NCBI GenBank assembly: GCA_013265495.1
Contig: MU058009.1
Span: 4,656,739 to 4,720,738, forward strand
Reading direction: 5' to 3'
DNA from: Vicugna vicugna
Lineage: Eukaryota
Length of the DNA: 64,000 bases
Part shown: positions 50,125-63,431 of the stretch, piece by piece
Position numbering within the stretch: the first letter of the stretch is position 1
Layout of the letters: every line of letters begins with the position of its first letter
Notes under the pieces: model-generated
Told to the model about the DNA's origin: nothing
Database searches by the model: none
Seen by the model: the letters and a program-made list of their open reading frames with translations, nothing else
Program-made: the position numbers and the translations under genes

Positions 50125-50500
50125 CGCTTATCACCAGTCACTTGTGTCTTTTCCCAAATCTGTTCTCAGCAGATGTACTTTCTCACATAACTACGTAATT
50201 TCCCAAAATCCTTCATAAACTGATACAATATGAGCGGGAAGAGAGAATTGCGGTTTCTATGAAAACTAAGTAGATTATTTGGAAAGATTCAGTAACAGCA
50301 AGTGTATTTTAAACGACTACATTAGCTATGGGAACAGGCTGTCATCGGCCGGGGGGGATCGTAGAAGACTAAGAGTGTTCTGTTCTCAGACTTCTCACAG
50401 CAAGAACGTCCACCCTCGCGCTGGACCTTCAGCAAACCCGAAGCAGGAAGCGTGAGTGATGATCAGGCCACTCAGAGAAGGGGACTGGCTCCGTCAAAAG
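50125..50500 (+). mobile_element. Tigger (TcMar, Tigger13a-like) transposon remnant with decayed transposase N-terminus
   Basis: gatgtactttctcacataactacgtaattt...aatATGagc(50230)...gtttctatgaaaactaag...tttggaaagattc resembles the start of a pogo/CENP-B-type transposase; stops and frameshifts are present. Confidence 0.55.
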
Positions 50501-52350
50501 TCAAACAGAGGCACGTTCTCACGCTTCGGCGTATTTACAAGGTTCCTGCGTCTTCCTCGATAGATCGCACTGCACACAGCTTTTCCTGACCACAAACCGC
50601 CGGCTCTTCCTGCTGGAGGTGAAAAGGGCTGGGCAGCCGCTTCCCCACAGCTCCGCGCCGTGGGCTTCGATTACGCAGCAGACGGCCTGCGGTTCAGACT
50701 CGGGGAGGCTGCGCCCCGATTCCGCCCACACACGGTGGCAGTGACCGACATGCAGGACTAACCCGTGGGCTGATCCAGGCGCCTCCTCTCCTGCCTCCAG
50801 AGCACTCTCGCCATGTCCCGGAATAGGAGCTCAATTAACTCGCGATGGGAAGCACCGAGCGCCCCACCACGGGGCACCCGCTCATCAGGATGATACCACC
50901 GCGCAGACCTGCGGCGGGTCCTCCCGCTCCCCAGCCCGGGAGACGGCTCTGTGCACGATCTGGGGGCTCGGGGGCTTCTGCTCGCTTCGCTCTCAGTGTG
51001 GGTCTGCCCTGGCGACCTAGAACGTGCCAGACAGAAGCCGACGCAGTTCGAGGTGGAAGCAGCGTCTCTCTCACTAACTGCTGCCCCCGTAAAAGAAGCG
51101 GGAAGGAGGGGCCCGCCCTCGGCTGGAGGTCCCTGAGCCGAGGCTCCGCCCCAGGGAGGCGGAAGGGAGCCCGGGGAGAGCGTGGGGCGCCGATGAAAGC
51201 AGCACGTTACTTGATAAAACGGGAAAGAGCAGCCTATCCTGTGGAGAAAGGCTCTCGAAGTAATGAATGTCAGGGTTACGAACAACTGAGCCTCTCACCC
51301 CCGGCTGCGATGGCTCCGCAAGGTCAGCCCCGTAGGCGCTCCCTCGGGTGACCGGCTGCTCCGCGAGCGGCTGCGGCGCTGCCCCGCTGCTGGGAACGGG
51401 GAGGGGCCGCGGGCAGGGCTCCGCGGCCACGGAAGCGACACACAGACCGAGCGGCTTTCATCAAGGGAACGCGCGGGCGTCTGCGCAAACCGAGTCCGAG
51501 TGCAGCGGCGAGGTGGTGAGTGACGCCAGAACCGCACCCCCTCGACGGGAGACGCCCTCCCTGGCTTCAGGCTGGGCGCCTCCCAGGGCGAACCCGCTCC
51601 CATCCCCCAGACGGAGCTCCCCCTGCCGGATGTGTCCCTGACCCCACCGCAGACGTCGCCTCCAGGAGCCAGAGTCTCGCGGTCTGACCGAGCCGCGTGA
51701 ACCCGCGCGCCTAAGGGGAAGCCGACTGAAAGCAGGTATCTGCGCAGGCGCGAAGGCGGCTGCGTCCGCCGCAGCGAGCGCGCCCTCTGCAAGTCACAGC
51801 GCGGGCCCGTCTTGTCCCCGCGCCAGGGACAGAGTCTGCTTTCTTCCCATTTCCCCACCGTCTACAAGGAGAGAAAGAACGTGGAACACCGTGCGCAGGA
51901 ATTCACACGTTCCAGCCCGTGGAAACGCCGCCCACGCGAGCCCGCGTCCCCCTGACGCTCTGGGGAAGTCGGCGAGGGAGGCCGGGGGAGGCCAGAGCAA
52001 CCCCAGGACGGACAGACGTCCCCCCCGGGCAGCTGAGCCGTTGAGAGCGACTCCAGGGACAGTAAGGAAATGACAGCAGTTTTAAATGACCTCAAAGCAG
52101 GATCCTGCAGACCAGAAATGTGGGACGGCGCCCGAGGAGGGGACGGCTGGGAGAGTCAGCGTCGGTTCTCAAACATCGCGCGGCCACTCGGACCTCAGCA
52201 GGTGTTCACCCGACACACAGCTTGTTCCACGGGCGGCTCTGGGCGCTGGTGGGACTGCGGTGCCACGCAGACACACACCCCTGCCTTCCTGAGTGTACAC
52301 TGAGTGAGCGCACAGAACCGCTCTGTAGCCGTGCTGACAACAGCGCAAGC
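50500..52350. promoter_or_regulatory. CpG-island-like region (core ~51290-52030)
   Basis: Highest GC and CpG density in the window (runs such as ccgcgagcggctgcggcgc, aacgcgcgggcg, ccgcgcgcc) with no recognised interspersed repeat; judged by eye, not computed. Confidence 0.6.
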
Positions 52351-55300
52351 GTTTAAAGTCAGTTAAGTTTGTGCTGCAGTAACTGCCTTCGGAATAATTT
52401 AAAAAAAAAGGAGGAAAGAAAACAGAAAAGAAACAGCGAAGTAAGTCTCCAGGGCTCTGTGCGCAAATCTCCCATGTTGCCTCCAGGCCACCTGCACCCG
52501 GAAACGGTAAGGCTTCCGCTGGCGAACTATTTCGCACCAGATTTTCCTGCCAGGGGGCTGAGGGCCCCGCATGCAAAGCACCTGCTTCCACGTTATGCTG
52601 ACGTCTCACCCTTGACTTGGTAACCTAGGGGCCCTCTCGGCTCCCTGTCCTGTTCGACCACGTGGCCGCCGTGAACCAGCTTCCTGAGGAGCTGCTGGAA
52701 ACCGTGTCTGCTGGAAACAAACCAGCCACTGCAGAAGGAAGCCTGCGGGAAACATCGGAGCAGGAAGGAGTCGGGAGGGGCTCTGAGGTTTCGGTGAGGG
52801 CGCGACAGGAAGCGGGGGTGATGAGCGGTTCTATGAGTTTTCTCCGTTTCCCGGGGTTATGGCAGCAGGGCCTTGATGGACCAGATGGTCTGGCCTTGAC
52901 CCTTACATCTCCGCACGCCCTCCGAGCAGCAGCCCTCGCTGTGGCTGGCTTCCACCCCTTGATATTCTTGGCACTGGGCGTTCTGATCGCAGGGAGGTTC
53001 AATGTCATAATCCAAAGCGTCACGTAGAAGCCATCTGGAAGGGCAACCCACTTTAACCTTGAGGGCTGCTTGAAGACAACCTGCACCCGCCGAGCCCTGT
53101 GCTCACGCGGAAAGCAGGTTATTTAGAGCCTGCTTCAGAAAGTGCCAGGGTCCTGGGGGCCATCCACCTCCGGGGGGACCGACATTTAACCGCGAAGCTT
53201 TGGCATCTATAGAACGCACTTCCCCATCTGCTTAGCGCCACGTCTCCAGCTACTGGCACGATGGGGGCGCAATAAACATGCCAGAGAAGGTGACAAAACT
53301 CACCGCGGGATGCTGAGCAGAGGGAGGACAGAGGCCACGCCTGCAGTCAGTCAGCCGGCCACTCAGCAGAAGGAGTGCCGTTAGACAGACCGTGGCTCTT
53401 ACTACGGACTCTGAAGGCAGAGAAAGGAGGCGGCGAGATGGGGGAGGAGCCGTTAGCCCCGTCTTCATTACTTCTCCTTTACGCTGAGGCTCCCGGGACC
53501 CCCGAGGGACACGCTGATACATACGCTCGGGGGCCGGGCGTCCTTCCTGCACAGAGCGCTTTCAGCGTCTGCTGCACGCCTGGTCAGTCCGTGCGACTTC
53601 ATCAAGTCGCAGAGCACCGAGGAAATGTGATTCTCCAAAAAGCCATGGAGAACGTAAGCCCACGCAAAAAACCCTCGGAAGTAAACTCAGAGTCGGGCTC
53701 GAGGGTCCCTGACTCGGCCAGGCAGCCAGCCACTGCGCCAGAGGCCACACCTCCTCTGGTGGCTCTGCAGGCTGGGGTTTTGTGCTTTGAGAACAGAGGG
53801 GTCACATCTGTCTATCTCACCCCACAGGAGACAGGAGCTGGCACTGCCTCCTCCTGTAAATGAAGCATCACTGTGCCCGGCTGGGCAGGAGGTCGGGGCC
53901 ACTGGGGCCCGAGCCATGGACAGCCCCCCCAACCCCGGACGTGAGCCACACAGAGCCCAGGGTCTACCCGGGGCTCGGCCATCGTGGGGGACACACCGTT
54001 CTCCTAAGCAGTGGTCCTTAGATCCAAAACGTTCCCGCTGTTCTGATGGCTGAGGGAGGAAGCACCAGTGGAGACACGGGGACAAACTCACCTTTTCTGT
54101 CACCTGATGCAGCAAAAAGTGGGCTAGTTAGTAACGTGTCCCCAGATCGTTGTCTGGGACAGTGAGAACCCGCTATGAAAGCGCTGAGACCTAAAACTGG
54201 GTCCTGGTTCTGACCCGCCTAGAAAACCCGTGTTAAGCAGACACGCGTGGACAGTGCCTGGTCCGTCCTGGCCACTACAGACGGTCACCAGGAGAGGAAG
54301 CAGCTCTTCTGTGAGCGCTTGTAGGACCGACCTTACAACAAGGGACAGCAGGAGACCTCGGGACAACAAGCTCTTCAGGGACCCCGGGCCCTGACACTCC
54401 AGCCCAACGGCGTGCGTCGTGGTGGCCGGGGTCCAGGAGGCAGAGCAGCTCACGGGGCTGAGGCCACACGTCCTCCCCTCCCCGCCACCTCTTGCAGTCC
54501 AGGCACCTCCACCTCCATCTGTTTCACATCTTGACATTATAAATGACATTTTATTTTCTAAAAGAAATTGGCTCTGATGCTTAAACAGAACCGCTGTGGT
54601 CCACTGAGATCGAGTCACCCAACATTTCACGCTGATCCCCGAGGGGGGTGTCCCCCCGTCCCCCGCAGCCTGAGCAGATTGGCCAGAGACACCTGCGTGA
54701 CCTGGGCTCAAAGCCAGGCTGTGATCAGCGCTCCGCTCAGTCCCCCTCCGTCACCTAAGGCCTGTCTCGCATCGGAGAAAGGGCTCTGTTGTCAGATAGC
54801 GGCTGCCTCGCTCTGATGGGAGGTCAGAATTCAGGGCACAAAGCGAGTTCCGGGGAAGAGAAGGAAGATGCGGTGGGCAGGGAGGGGCAGAGCGGCGGAC
54901 TGAGGCGCCGAGGCACGCAGAGGAGTGACACATGATGCCACGGCCTCCTTCCTCCGCCCACAGTGCCCTTCCAGGAAGGGGGCCAGCATAAATTCCTCCA
55001 CTCAGCGGTGCCTCGACAGACTCGAAGGGAAACAAAAAGGGGATTAATCTTGGCATCGCAGGTGCCCCTCGGCCTCTCAGCTGACACCCGCCTTGCGCGG
55101 GGGTCTGATGTGCAGAGGGCTTTGCCAGGAGCTGAAATGCCAGCCGCAGGCCCTCCCCGACTCCCGGCACATCTCGATTTATTTCTATCAAGCAGGGCTC
55201 CTGATTGCCTCGGTCTGGAGGGCTGGCAGCACGGCTATCACCTGCCAGGTCTCGGCGAGCGAGGTGGGCCGCCCGCGTGCCATCAGAGGGCCTTCCCTGT

Positions 55301-58300
55301 GCCTGCGGGATCCCGGAGATGCCGACAAAAGGCGGCGAGAGGCAGGCCTCAGCCTCGTGGTGCCACGTCCTTGCCTCACGATTAATCGACCACGATTAAG
55401 TTGGTCGACACGCCGTGAGCTTTGCATCAAAAACTGCTCCTCACCCCGCACACAGAGTCTCCTCATTTTTGAAAACGGCGCTGAGCACGGTGCCAAGGAC
55501 CCAGGCCCAGCCTGTCCCACTCCTGCAGGCCGAGCGCATAGGCTTCCTCCTCGGCAGCCCTTCTTCCCGGTGTCACCTGCCTCCTCTGGCTTTTTCAGCT
55601 TCATCGCCTCTCGTTCTCCCGCATCTCTGCTGTCCCACAACGAGTTAAGCGATTTCTCTGAACCTAAACACATTCGGAAATAACTCTATCCATCACCACG
55701 GGAGCGCGGCGCGGCGAGATGACTGCACGCGCACATTTTAATTGAGCTTCGTAAAGGGGAAGAGGGACGAGGCTCCGTTCTTAGCACCCACTAGTCTGCA
55801 GTCACGGCCGAGCAGTCAGGACTTGACTTTGTAAGGTTTCTGGGCCCCCAACGTGCCCTACGACACAGCCTGTCTGGGTAAGCCTGGTGTCACGTGGTCG
55901 AATTCACCTGCAGTGCGGGTCACCTGGGGCAGACTGTGCTCTGTGCTGAGCCCGTTTTCAGGTCCATTTTAAAAGGCGTGCCTCCTAGAAGGTCACCTAA
56001 CACCCAGAAACCCAGTGCTCACGGGCCGCACGTGCGGGTGGAGCGCTGCCTGCCCTCCCCTGCCGCTCTGGGCCGCACGCCGAGGTGATCGCCCACCCCC
56101 CTTAACTCTTCAGTCTATTACCAGTGCGCCAAGTGAGATTCCAAAGCCCTGACCTCCCTCCCCAAGTACTTTATATCAACTTATGGGCGGCGTCTTCATC
56201 CTACGGGCTCTGGCCGACGAGAAAGGACAATGTAACACAGGCGAGGAGGGGGGACATTTGCGCCGGAAACCCCAAGGCCCAGCTCCCTCTGCAGCTCCTC
56301 TTCCACCCCGGGTCCTCCGTCTGCTTGCAAAGGGGAGTTAAGGTTCAAAGTCTGTCGCACAAGCACGTCGCACAAGATTTCAGCTTTTCTGAAATTCATG
56401 TCCGGGATTCAGGGTTAATTGGCCTCCCCTCTCCGAGGTTCGCCTTGCATCCCCTTCCTCGTGGCCTCACCACGGCCTCCGCTGTCCCGTGTCCCCAGCG
56501 GACTCGAGTTCCTGCAGAACAGGGGTGTTGCTTCCTGCGCCTCCGGGGCTGTGGGCGTCGGAAGGGACGGGCACACGTAGGTGGTCAGCAGACGCCTGCG
56601 GTTCACAGACCCGGCGCCACATTCACCGCGCCGCACTGTCCGCCTGCTGTTTATCCACATTCACTTCAGAGGGCAGGGCACCTCGTGGAGAACTCACGTC
56701 CCCCCCGACCCGGCCCCGCTAACGAGGTTCCGGCACAGGGGACACCGGGAAGGCCTGTTGTCAGAGTGGAGACGAGAGCGTTTCATTTACACGCACAACT
56801 GGTGTCTTCTCCTTGCATTCCACGCGTGGTCTTGGAATGTCACTAAATGGCTCATCCAGTCAGCTGCCTTGCCAAGCAAAGGCGGGCCGCTGACCGGAGC
56901 CGCGTCTCCAGGGATGCCGTATCGCCCCCCTGGGCTTGGGAGGCACGTGCCCGGGGGCTGTGGCCGAACAGGAGGGAAAGGGCCGGTTTCAGGCCACCCG
57001 AGTGAGTCCCAGGGCGGAGCTCTGCTTCTCGTTGTGCCTGGTTATTCGCGCTGCGTGATTATCAGGTGTGCCCCGCCCCCCGCGGACCTGGTGTGTTGTG
57101 CTTGCAACAGCTTTCTGCTATGCAACCTGATGCCTGATTGGTTCAAGTGAGCTTCTCTGCAGAATTACATCCTCATCTTCCTTCAACAACCACCGGACGC
57201 ACACACACAAACTCCCCCCGAGGAAGAGGGACAGGCTGTCCACCAGCAGCGCCCGTCACCCGGGCGTCCCTGCACCCCGAGATGAGGCAGCACCGCCCGC
57301 TCTGGAGCAGGTCCTCACCGCAGCCTCCTGTGTGCGGGGACCTGCCACCAGGAGTGCCGTCACGGCCCCTGCTTCCCCGTCAGGGACACGCTCAGCACCC
57401 ACGGGGACGCCCACGGTCGGGGCCTGTGTGCCCTGCAGAGGCCCGCAGAGGACAGCATAGCCACCTGGCCCTTGTCAAAGTGACCACCACGTGGTCCTGC
57501 AGAGAGATGGACGATGGGACGCTGGCCGTGTCGCTGGCAGGAACGCTGCCGGCCGCCTGGCTCCCCGCAGAACGTGGCTCTCGTCTGCAGACGTCTTCAG
57601 GGAGAGACCACCACAGACCAGAAGAGTCTAAGGCAGCAGAGGCCGCCAGGCGAGCTCAGTGCATCCTGCCTCTTTCAGGAGCATCTCTCACGTTACGTAG
57701 CATCTTAGGACGTAACTGTGACCATCACGCCCCCAGCCGTCACGCACACACGCACCTCCTGCGTCGCGAACCCCGGCAGTGGAGTGATTCTGCTCCCCAG
57801 AGACTGCAGCTAAGAAGGCTCACCTACTCCGCCCAAGACCACACAGCTGTTGGCCAGCCCTGAGTCCCAGCTCTGTGACAGTAACGTCCTAGCTCCTTAC
57901 CGCTCTCTCCTGAGTCCTGCAGATTAAGTCTGTGAAAGCATCATCGCCACCAGAGGGGCCTGAGGTCCACACGGGCAGAGCGACGACCATTAGCTGAGAG
58001 GCTGGGCACACGTCTCACGTCCCCCGCGACCGCGCTCCTCTGAACTGAAGCCTCGCTTCCCCGACTAAATGAAAAGCTGGCGGAAGACCGGAGCCCCTTG
58101 CTGAGTCTGCCTCTGAGTCCCTCGCAGGGCGCCGTGAGCAAGAGTCCTCCCTAGTCAGCCATGGACTGCTTACAGCTAAGAAAAGGAGCCCTGTTCACTG
58201 AGAGCTCAGGCCAGAGAGTGTCTCCTGCTGACCTCGGCTGGCTCTGCCCCGGCACAGGTCCCACTGACGCCCGGCTGTGTCGCGGTCAGCTCGGGCGCTC

Positions 58301-59259
58301 AGCTCCCGGGACACAGCTAGAGTGCGTGCAAGGAAGGCTGCATGAGCGCTACTTTCCGTGTCCGAAAAGACGACACACTGACCCGGAGGGGGCGTGAGAT
58401 GAAGCCAGGGGGGCCGCGCCACGAGAGGAACTGGGACCTGGAGCCCCGGGGGGCGCGAAGTCACCAGGCCACGTGCCAGCCACCCCGCTGAGTCATTAAT
58501 AAATGAATTTCGCCACGGCTCACCCACGCTGCCTGCTGATTTTTATACTATGTTGCATAATTAATCTGTCAACATTCAGTGATAAGGTATAAATATTAAT
58601 AATATGATCACACAGTTAGCTGTTCCCTTCAAAATTCAGCGCCGAGGAGCTAAATCGGCCACTTAATCTTGCTAGAATCAGAAGTGGGGGTGGACGGGAA
58701 GGAGAGGAAGCGGAGGGCAGTGCTGGCCACCTGGGAGAAGGGCTCCTGTTCTTGACTCTGGCCGCCCACGTGTGGCTTCAGATGAGCGTTTAAAGGTGCA
58801 CAGCACTGTGATTCCCACGTAACAGGGTAAACCTCCCTCTCCTCTTTTTCCTCAAAGGACAGGAAGCTCCGTCTTTCCATCTGGCGCTCCTCTGCTATGG
58901 CTGGGCTGAGCAGTAACTTCCAGGGAGACCTCAGCCCGCCACCCTCTCACTCTTCTGGAAGCAGAGAGGCTCCTGCGCCCCCGGGAGGCTGGGAGACTCA
59001 CCGGGGCGGGAGTGGTGTCGCAGTGCGGATGTGACTAGAGAAACCAAGGGGAGAGGCCTGCTGTGTCACTGTGGCTCTGCCTGCAGTGCCCTTGGCCACC
59101 CGGCTTGCCGCGCGCCCCCTGTTCGCGTTCATCACAGAGCTCTGACTCTGACTTCTCTACGAACTCCACCGAGCTGGCCTCCGGGGCCTCTGTGCCCGCC
59201 GGGCCCTCCCCGCCACGGGCGCCCGCCCAGCCCTCTCCCGCCTTCCCTTCTGCGCTTCC

Positions 59260-59380
59260 AGCAGTCACCCAAGAAATACTTCTTGAGCATCTAGTTGGCA
59301 GTAGGTGTCAGACTAAGAGACAGCGAGGTGGAAACAAAACAAAAGGAGGCAAACACAATCACAGCCTCAAGGAACCAAGG
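59260..59380 (-). mobile_element. LINE-2 3' end
   Basis: cacccaagaaatactttcttgagcatcta...gagacagcgaggtggaaacaaaaca...cagcctcaagga. Confidence 0.5.
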
Positions 59381-60537
59381 TTCAGAGCGAAGACCACGCA
59401 CGAGCAGCAGCCGCCCAGGGCAGGAGCATCACTCGCGCGGCCCGAGCTCCCGCGCGTTTCACATCCTGGTTCTTCTGTGGACTTTCACAGCCTCGTCCTG
59501 GCAGCTACACTGTTGTGCCTCCACGTATACGTCCACGCTGCTGTCAGTGTGATCCTCTCCCTACGGTGCCGCCAGCAAGAACGTGGGAATGAAAGCGGAG
59601 ATGGACCCGGGAGGTCCTCCGCGGGCCGGGAAACCGAGGTCAGAGGAGTCACACGCGCCGTCCAGAAGCAGAGCCTCAGTTCCTGGAAGAGGCGGATGAG
59701 CTGGGCTTCCCGAGCCCTGGGTTCAGTGCTGTTGCTGCCAGTGCGCCCGTCGACAAACAACAGAAGTGAATTCTAATCGACTCTTTCTGCATCCATTTCT
59801 GATGTACAAGTAGTGACACTGGGAGTTGCGCCTGAATGGTGCATTCTTTAAGTTGGTGTGTGCCAGATGTATGTTCCATGACAGGACCTGGAGATACGGT
59901 CCCTACCCTGGGACGACACTGACTTCCCCTTAACTTCACGTCCTTGGATGGGGATGTGCGGTGCTTGCACCCCCAGAAACTGTGTTCAAAATGGGAACGT
60001 ACAGCCTTAGGTACAATCTGGGGGGACGGGGTGTAAGAAGCTCTTCAAAGATTGAATCGCATTCCCCAAGACACGGGCTGGCAATCAATAGACAGAGAGG
60101 AAGACTCCTCCGGGGGGCTCACATCACGCTGGGAGAGCTCGCAGGGCCCCCGACGCCCCACTGCAGCTTTCAGCCCGAACGTGTGGTCTCTGGCTGCAGC
60201 AGAATGTTAATGAGGCCAGAACTCCACCCTGTGCAATACAGACGAGGAGCCGTGGCAGATTCTGCCGTCAACGCTCCGTCACTTTGTTTTACAGGGACAG
60301 AAACGACAGGGATGCTCGAGATTAAAAGATCTGTTTAATGGTCTGATTAATTCATTCCAAACAGACCGAAACTGTCCTAGGATTCTCCTTTGCTCCTAAC
60401 CTCTTCAGCTCGTTTCCATGCGTGCCGGCTTTCCTTTCTTCTTCCCTTTTTTATTTTTTTTTGGTAGTTTAATTTATTATTCAGTTAGTGCTGCTCTGAT
60501 TCTGGTGTAGTTCGTGCGGTGTGTGAGAAAAACAGAA

Positions 60538-60558
60538 TGTGTGTGTGTGTGTGTGTGT
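60538..60558. repeat. (TG)n microsatellite
   Basis: Read directly. Confidence 0.9.
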
Positions 60559-62666
60559 TTCCCGAGGGAAGTCCAAATGCTGCCGAAGTCCAAACCTGCG
60601 ACCACAACACTCCTCAAAAAGCACGATCAGGCCTCAAACAAACACTGAAGCTCCGTGAACAGCGGAGGCGCGTGCTGCTCCAGCCGTTGCCCGCGGACCT
60701 GAGCCCATCGGTGGCCGCGTTGCTCAGCGGCGAGGCCTCTGCCCGCACGTGACACAGTGGGAGGCAGTCGCTCCCTCCGATGAATGAGGCGTCTAAGTGG
60801 GAGCAGCAGGTGCCAGAAGCGGGAAGACCGAGCACAGAAGCTTTTTGATGGGACATTCGGGGGCTTTCACTCTGAACAGTGGCCTGTTTTCCTCCCTTTC
60901 AGATGTTTTCCCTAAATGTCCCTTTCACACCCTTTTCGAAGCTCGGTATCGGGAAAAGTGCTATGACCAATGCCTGACGCTGGAGGATTTTTAAAGCAAA
61001 TGACAGGGCAAGCATGGATTAAGAAGTCATTAGTCTCCATTCCTTGGTCCCTAGGCCCGGAGCTGAGTGGGCTCAGGACGGCTCTACGCAGCCCGGAACC
61101 GCTCGCAGGTAAGGATTTTTGTGAACCCTGTAAGCGGTCCAGCTCCGCGCAGAGACGGGGACGGGGGGGTGTGAGTGTGTCTGTGTTCAGCATCATTTTG
61201 GTTTTTGCCACATGTTGGCAAGGGTGCAAGGGGCTGGATCATTTTATTTATTTAATTTCAGAAACTCTGCAAGGGGCTCTAATTAATCGCAAATGACTCT
61301 CTCAGCTGGTAAACGAGGAAAGAGGTGCCTGCTTTGTATGCTGAGAAGTCCTGATTACGGACGGGGCTTGCGGACCAAGACTCAGTGGGACAACTTTCAT
61401 ACACAAGCTGCAAATATGGTGAAGGACAACGCTTTACATATATACATACATGTATACAGCATATTTATGTTTCCGCTTTTCTGTGCTCTGTCCCGTCACA
61501 TAAAGGACTGGAGGCAGTCTATCAAGTACCATCTACTGGCTGAGACTATTTAGAAGCTAAAACTAAAAGGCGCCCAAGAGGGACAGGAGAAGTAACCATG
61601 GGGTCCTCACCCCCAGCGGGGCCTGGGAGGACCAGCATTTATTTCTTCAGAACATAATACAGGAAGGTTTTACAGAAAAAAGGCATCTGGGAAATGTGTT
61701 TGAAGCCAGCAGGAAAGTAATCTTCAGGCTAAATAAGCGTTCACGCCGGCCCCAGCACGGATCTAACACCCCAGAGACCACGGACACGCCCCTGCAGTGT
61801 CCGAGGGCTCCTTCTGTCAGTGACTTAAGTGACAGGAATGGCCCAGACAGCTTGCTGGTCCTGCTATCTTTCATCCAGAGAAGGAACAGCTGGAGTAATT
61901 AAGTCATTCAGTGCCGAGATGGCTGCCATGTCCTTAGTCTTGTCTGCAGCAGCTCCTGACTGCTCCGAGTCTCTGCGAGTTTTTGAGCTGGAAGTTTTCC
62001 TTTTCCCTCAGATCAGAACCTCGGGCTGCCGTCTGAGAGAGTTGGTGGTGACAAATCGACTCATTTAATAAAAAGATGTGAATGAAGTGAGGGGAGGAAG
62101 TAAATGCACTGAGACTTGAGAGCCGCACGTTGCCTCCTTGTGAAGGCCTGGTTCCCTGTTGCCAGCTGAGTTTCCATGGAGACGGTGCTGCACACTGGTA
62201 CCCAGGCCGGTCCAGCAGCCCCTCTCCTGGCATCTCCACACTCACCAAAGGAGATGGATTATGCTAATGAGGGCTGACTTTTCTGCAACTGTCACAGGTT
62301 CAATCTTTTCTCTCCTTGCTGCAGGATCCATGTTTCTTAGTAAAGTGAGGGCTCAGCAGTGAGTCGCCTTGGCCAGAGAAGTGCTAATTCTGGAAAGGCA
62401 TTTCATTAAGACGCAACATCATCTGTACATGAGCTCACGCTCCCGGCTTCTCCACTCTTTGTCCTTTTCTTTTGGCTGGGGGAGGCAGTTACTGGTGAGA
62501 ATCAGGAGATATAAAGATCAAATGCCTTGCCAAATTCCGCCCTGACATCTCCTCAGAAGAGAAAAAGCACTTTCTCCTGAAGATTTTTCCTCTAAGGATG
62601 GGGGAAAATGTTCTTCCTTTTCTTTATGACAATAGGCAGGCAAAGAGTCCAGAGAATAATTTCATT

Positions 62667-63334
62667 TGTGTGTGTGCACACGGCTGTGCATGTGTGCGCA
62701 TGTGGCCGTGCGTGTGTGCGCATGTGGCTGTGTGTGTGCGCATGCGGCTGTGTGTGTGCGCATGTGGCCGTGCATGTGTGTGCATGTGGCTGTGTGTGTG
62801 TGTGCATGTGGCTGTGTGTGTGTGCATGTGGCTGTGTGTGTGTGTGCATGCGGCTGTGTGTGTGCGCATGTGGCCGTGCATGTGTGTGCATGTGGCCGTG
62901 CGTGTGTGCGCATGTGGCTGTGTGTGTGTGCATGCGGCTGTGTGTGTGCGCATGTGGCCGTGCGTGTGTGTGCATGTGGCTGTGTGTGTGTGTGCATGCG
63001 GCTGTGTGTGTGTGCATGTGCTGTGCGTGTGCACGCATGTGGCCGTGCGTGTGTGTGCATGCGGCTGTGTGTGTGCATGTGCTGTGCATGTGTGTACACA
63101 TATTTACTACACAAAGTTCATTTATCTTCAACCTCAGAGTTTTGGAAGAAGTTGTCCCTGAAATCTCTTTCCTTTCCAAATGACTCCAAGTCAATGTGGC
63201 CGTGCGTGTGTGTGCATGTGGCTGTGTGTGTGCGCATGTGGCTGTGTGTGTGCACATGGCTGTGCATGTGTGCGCATGTGGCTGTGTGTGTGCGCATGTG
63301 GCTCTGTGTGTGTGCATGTGCTGTGCATGTGTGT
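62667..63334. repeat. TG-derived minisatellite, unit ~20-24 bp (GCATGTGGCTGTGTGTGTGT-like), in two blocks
   Basis: Read directly; it produces all the His/Thr and Cys/Val ORFs at 62.6-63.5 kb. Confidence 0.95.
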
Positions 63335-63431
63335 ACACATATTTACTACACAAAGTTCATTTATCTTCAACCTCAGAGTTTTGGAAGAAGTTGTCCCTGC
63401 AATCTCTTTCCTTTCCAAATGACTCCAAGTC
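63065..63431 (+). repeat. Near-identical direct duplication, offset 239 bp (63095-63192 versus 63334-63431, plus adjacent satellite)
   Basis: tacacatatttactacacaaagttc...tgactccaagtc occurs twice with a single A/C difference (ccctgAaatc / ccctgCaatc). Confidence 0.95.

Noticed and set aside
57944..57962. CTCF-like CCACCAGAGGGGCC
   Set aside because: Has G where the core GGC cytosine is nearly invariant; weak in a GC-rich background.
38762..59776. Long GC-rich ORFs (e.g. 38762..39604, 52625..53086, 56124..56846, 57138..57863, 59063..59776)
   Set aside because: Pro/Arg/Gly/Ala-rich, overlapping on both strands and with no recognisable family; expected where stop codons are rare in GC-rich DNA. 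A BLASTX or PhyloCSF hit would overturn this.
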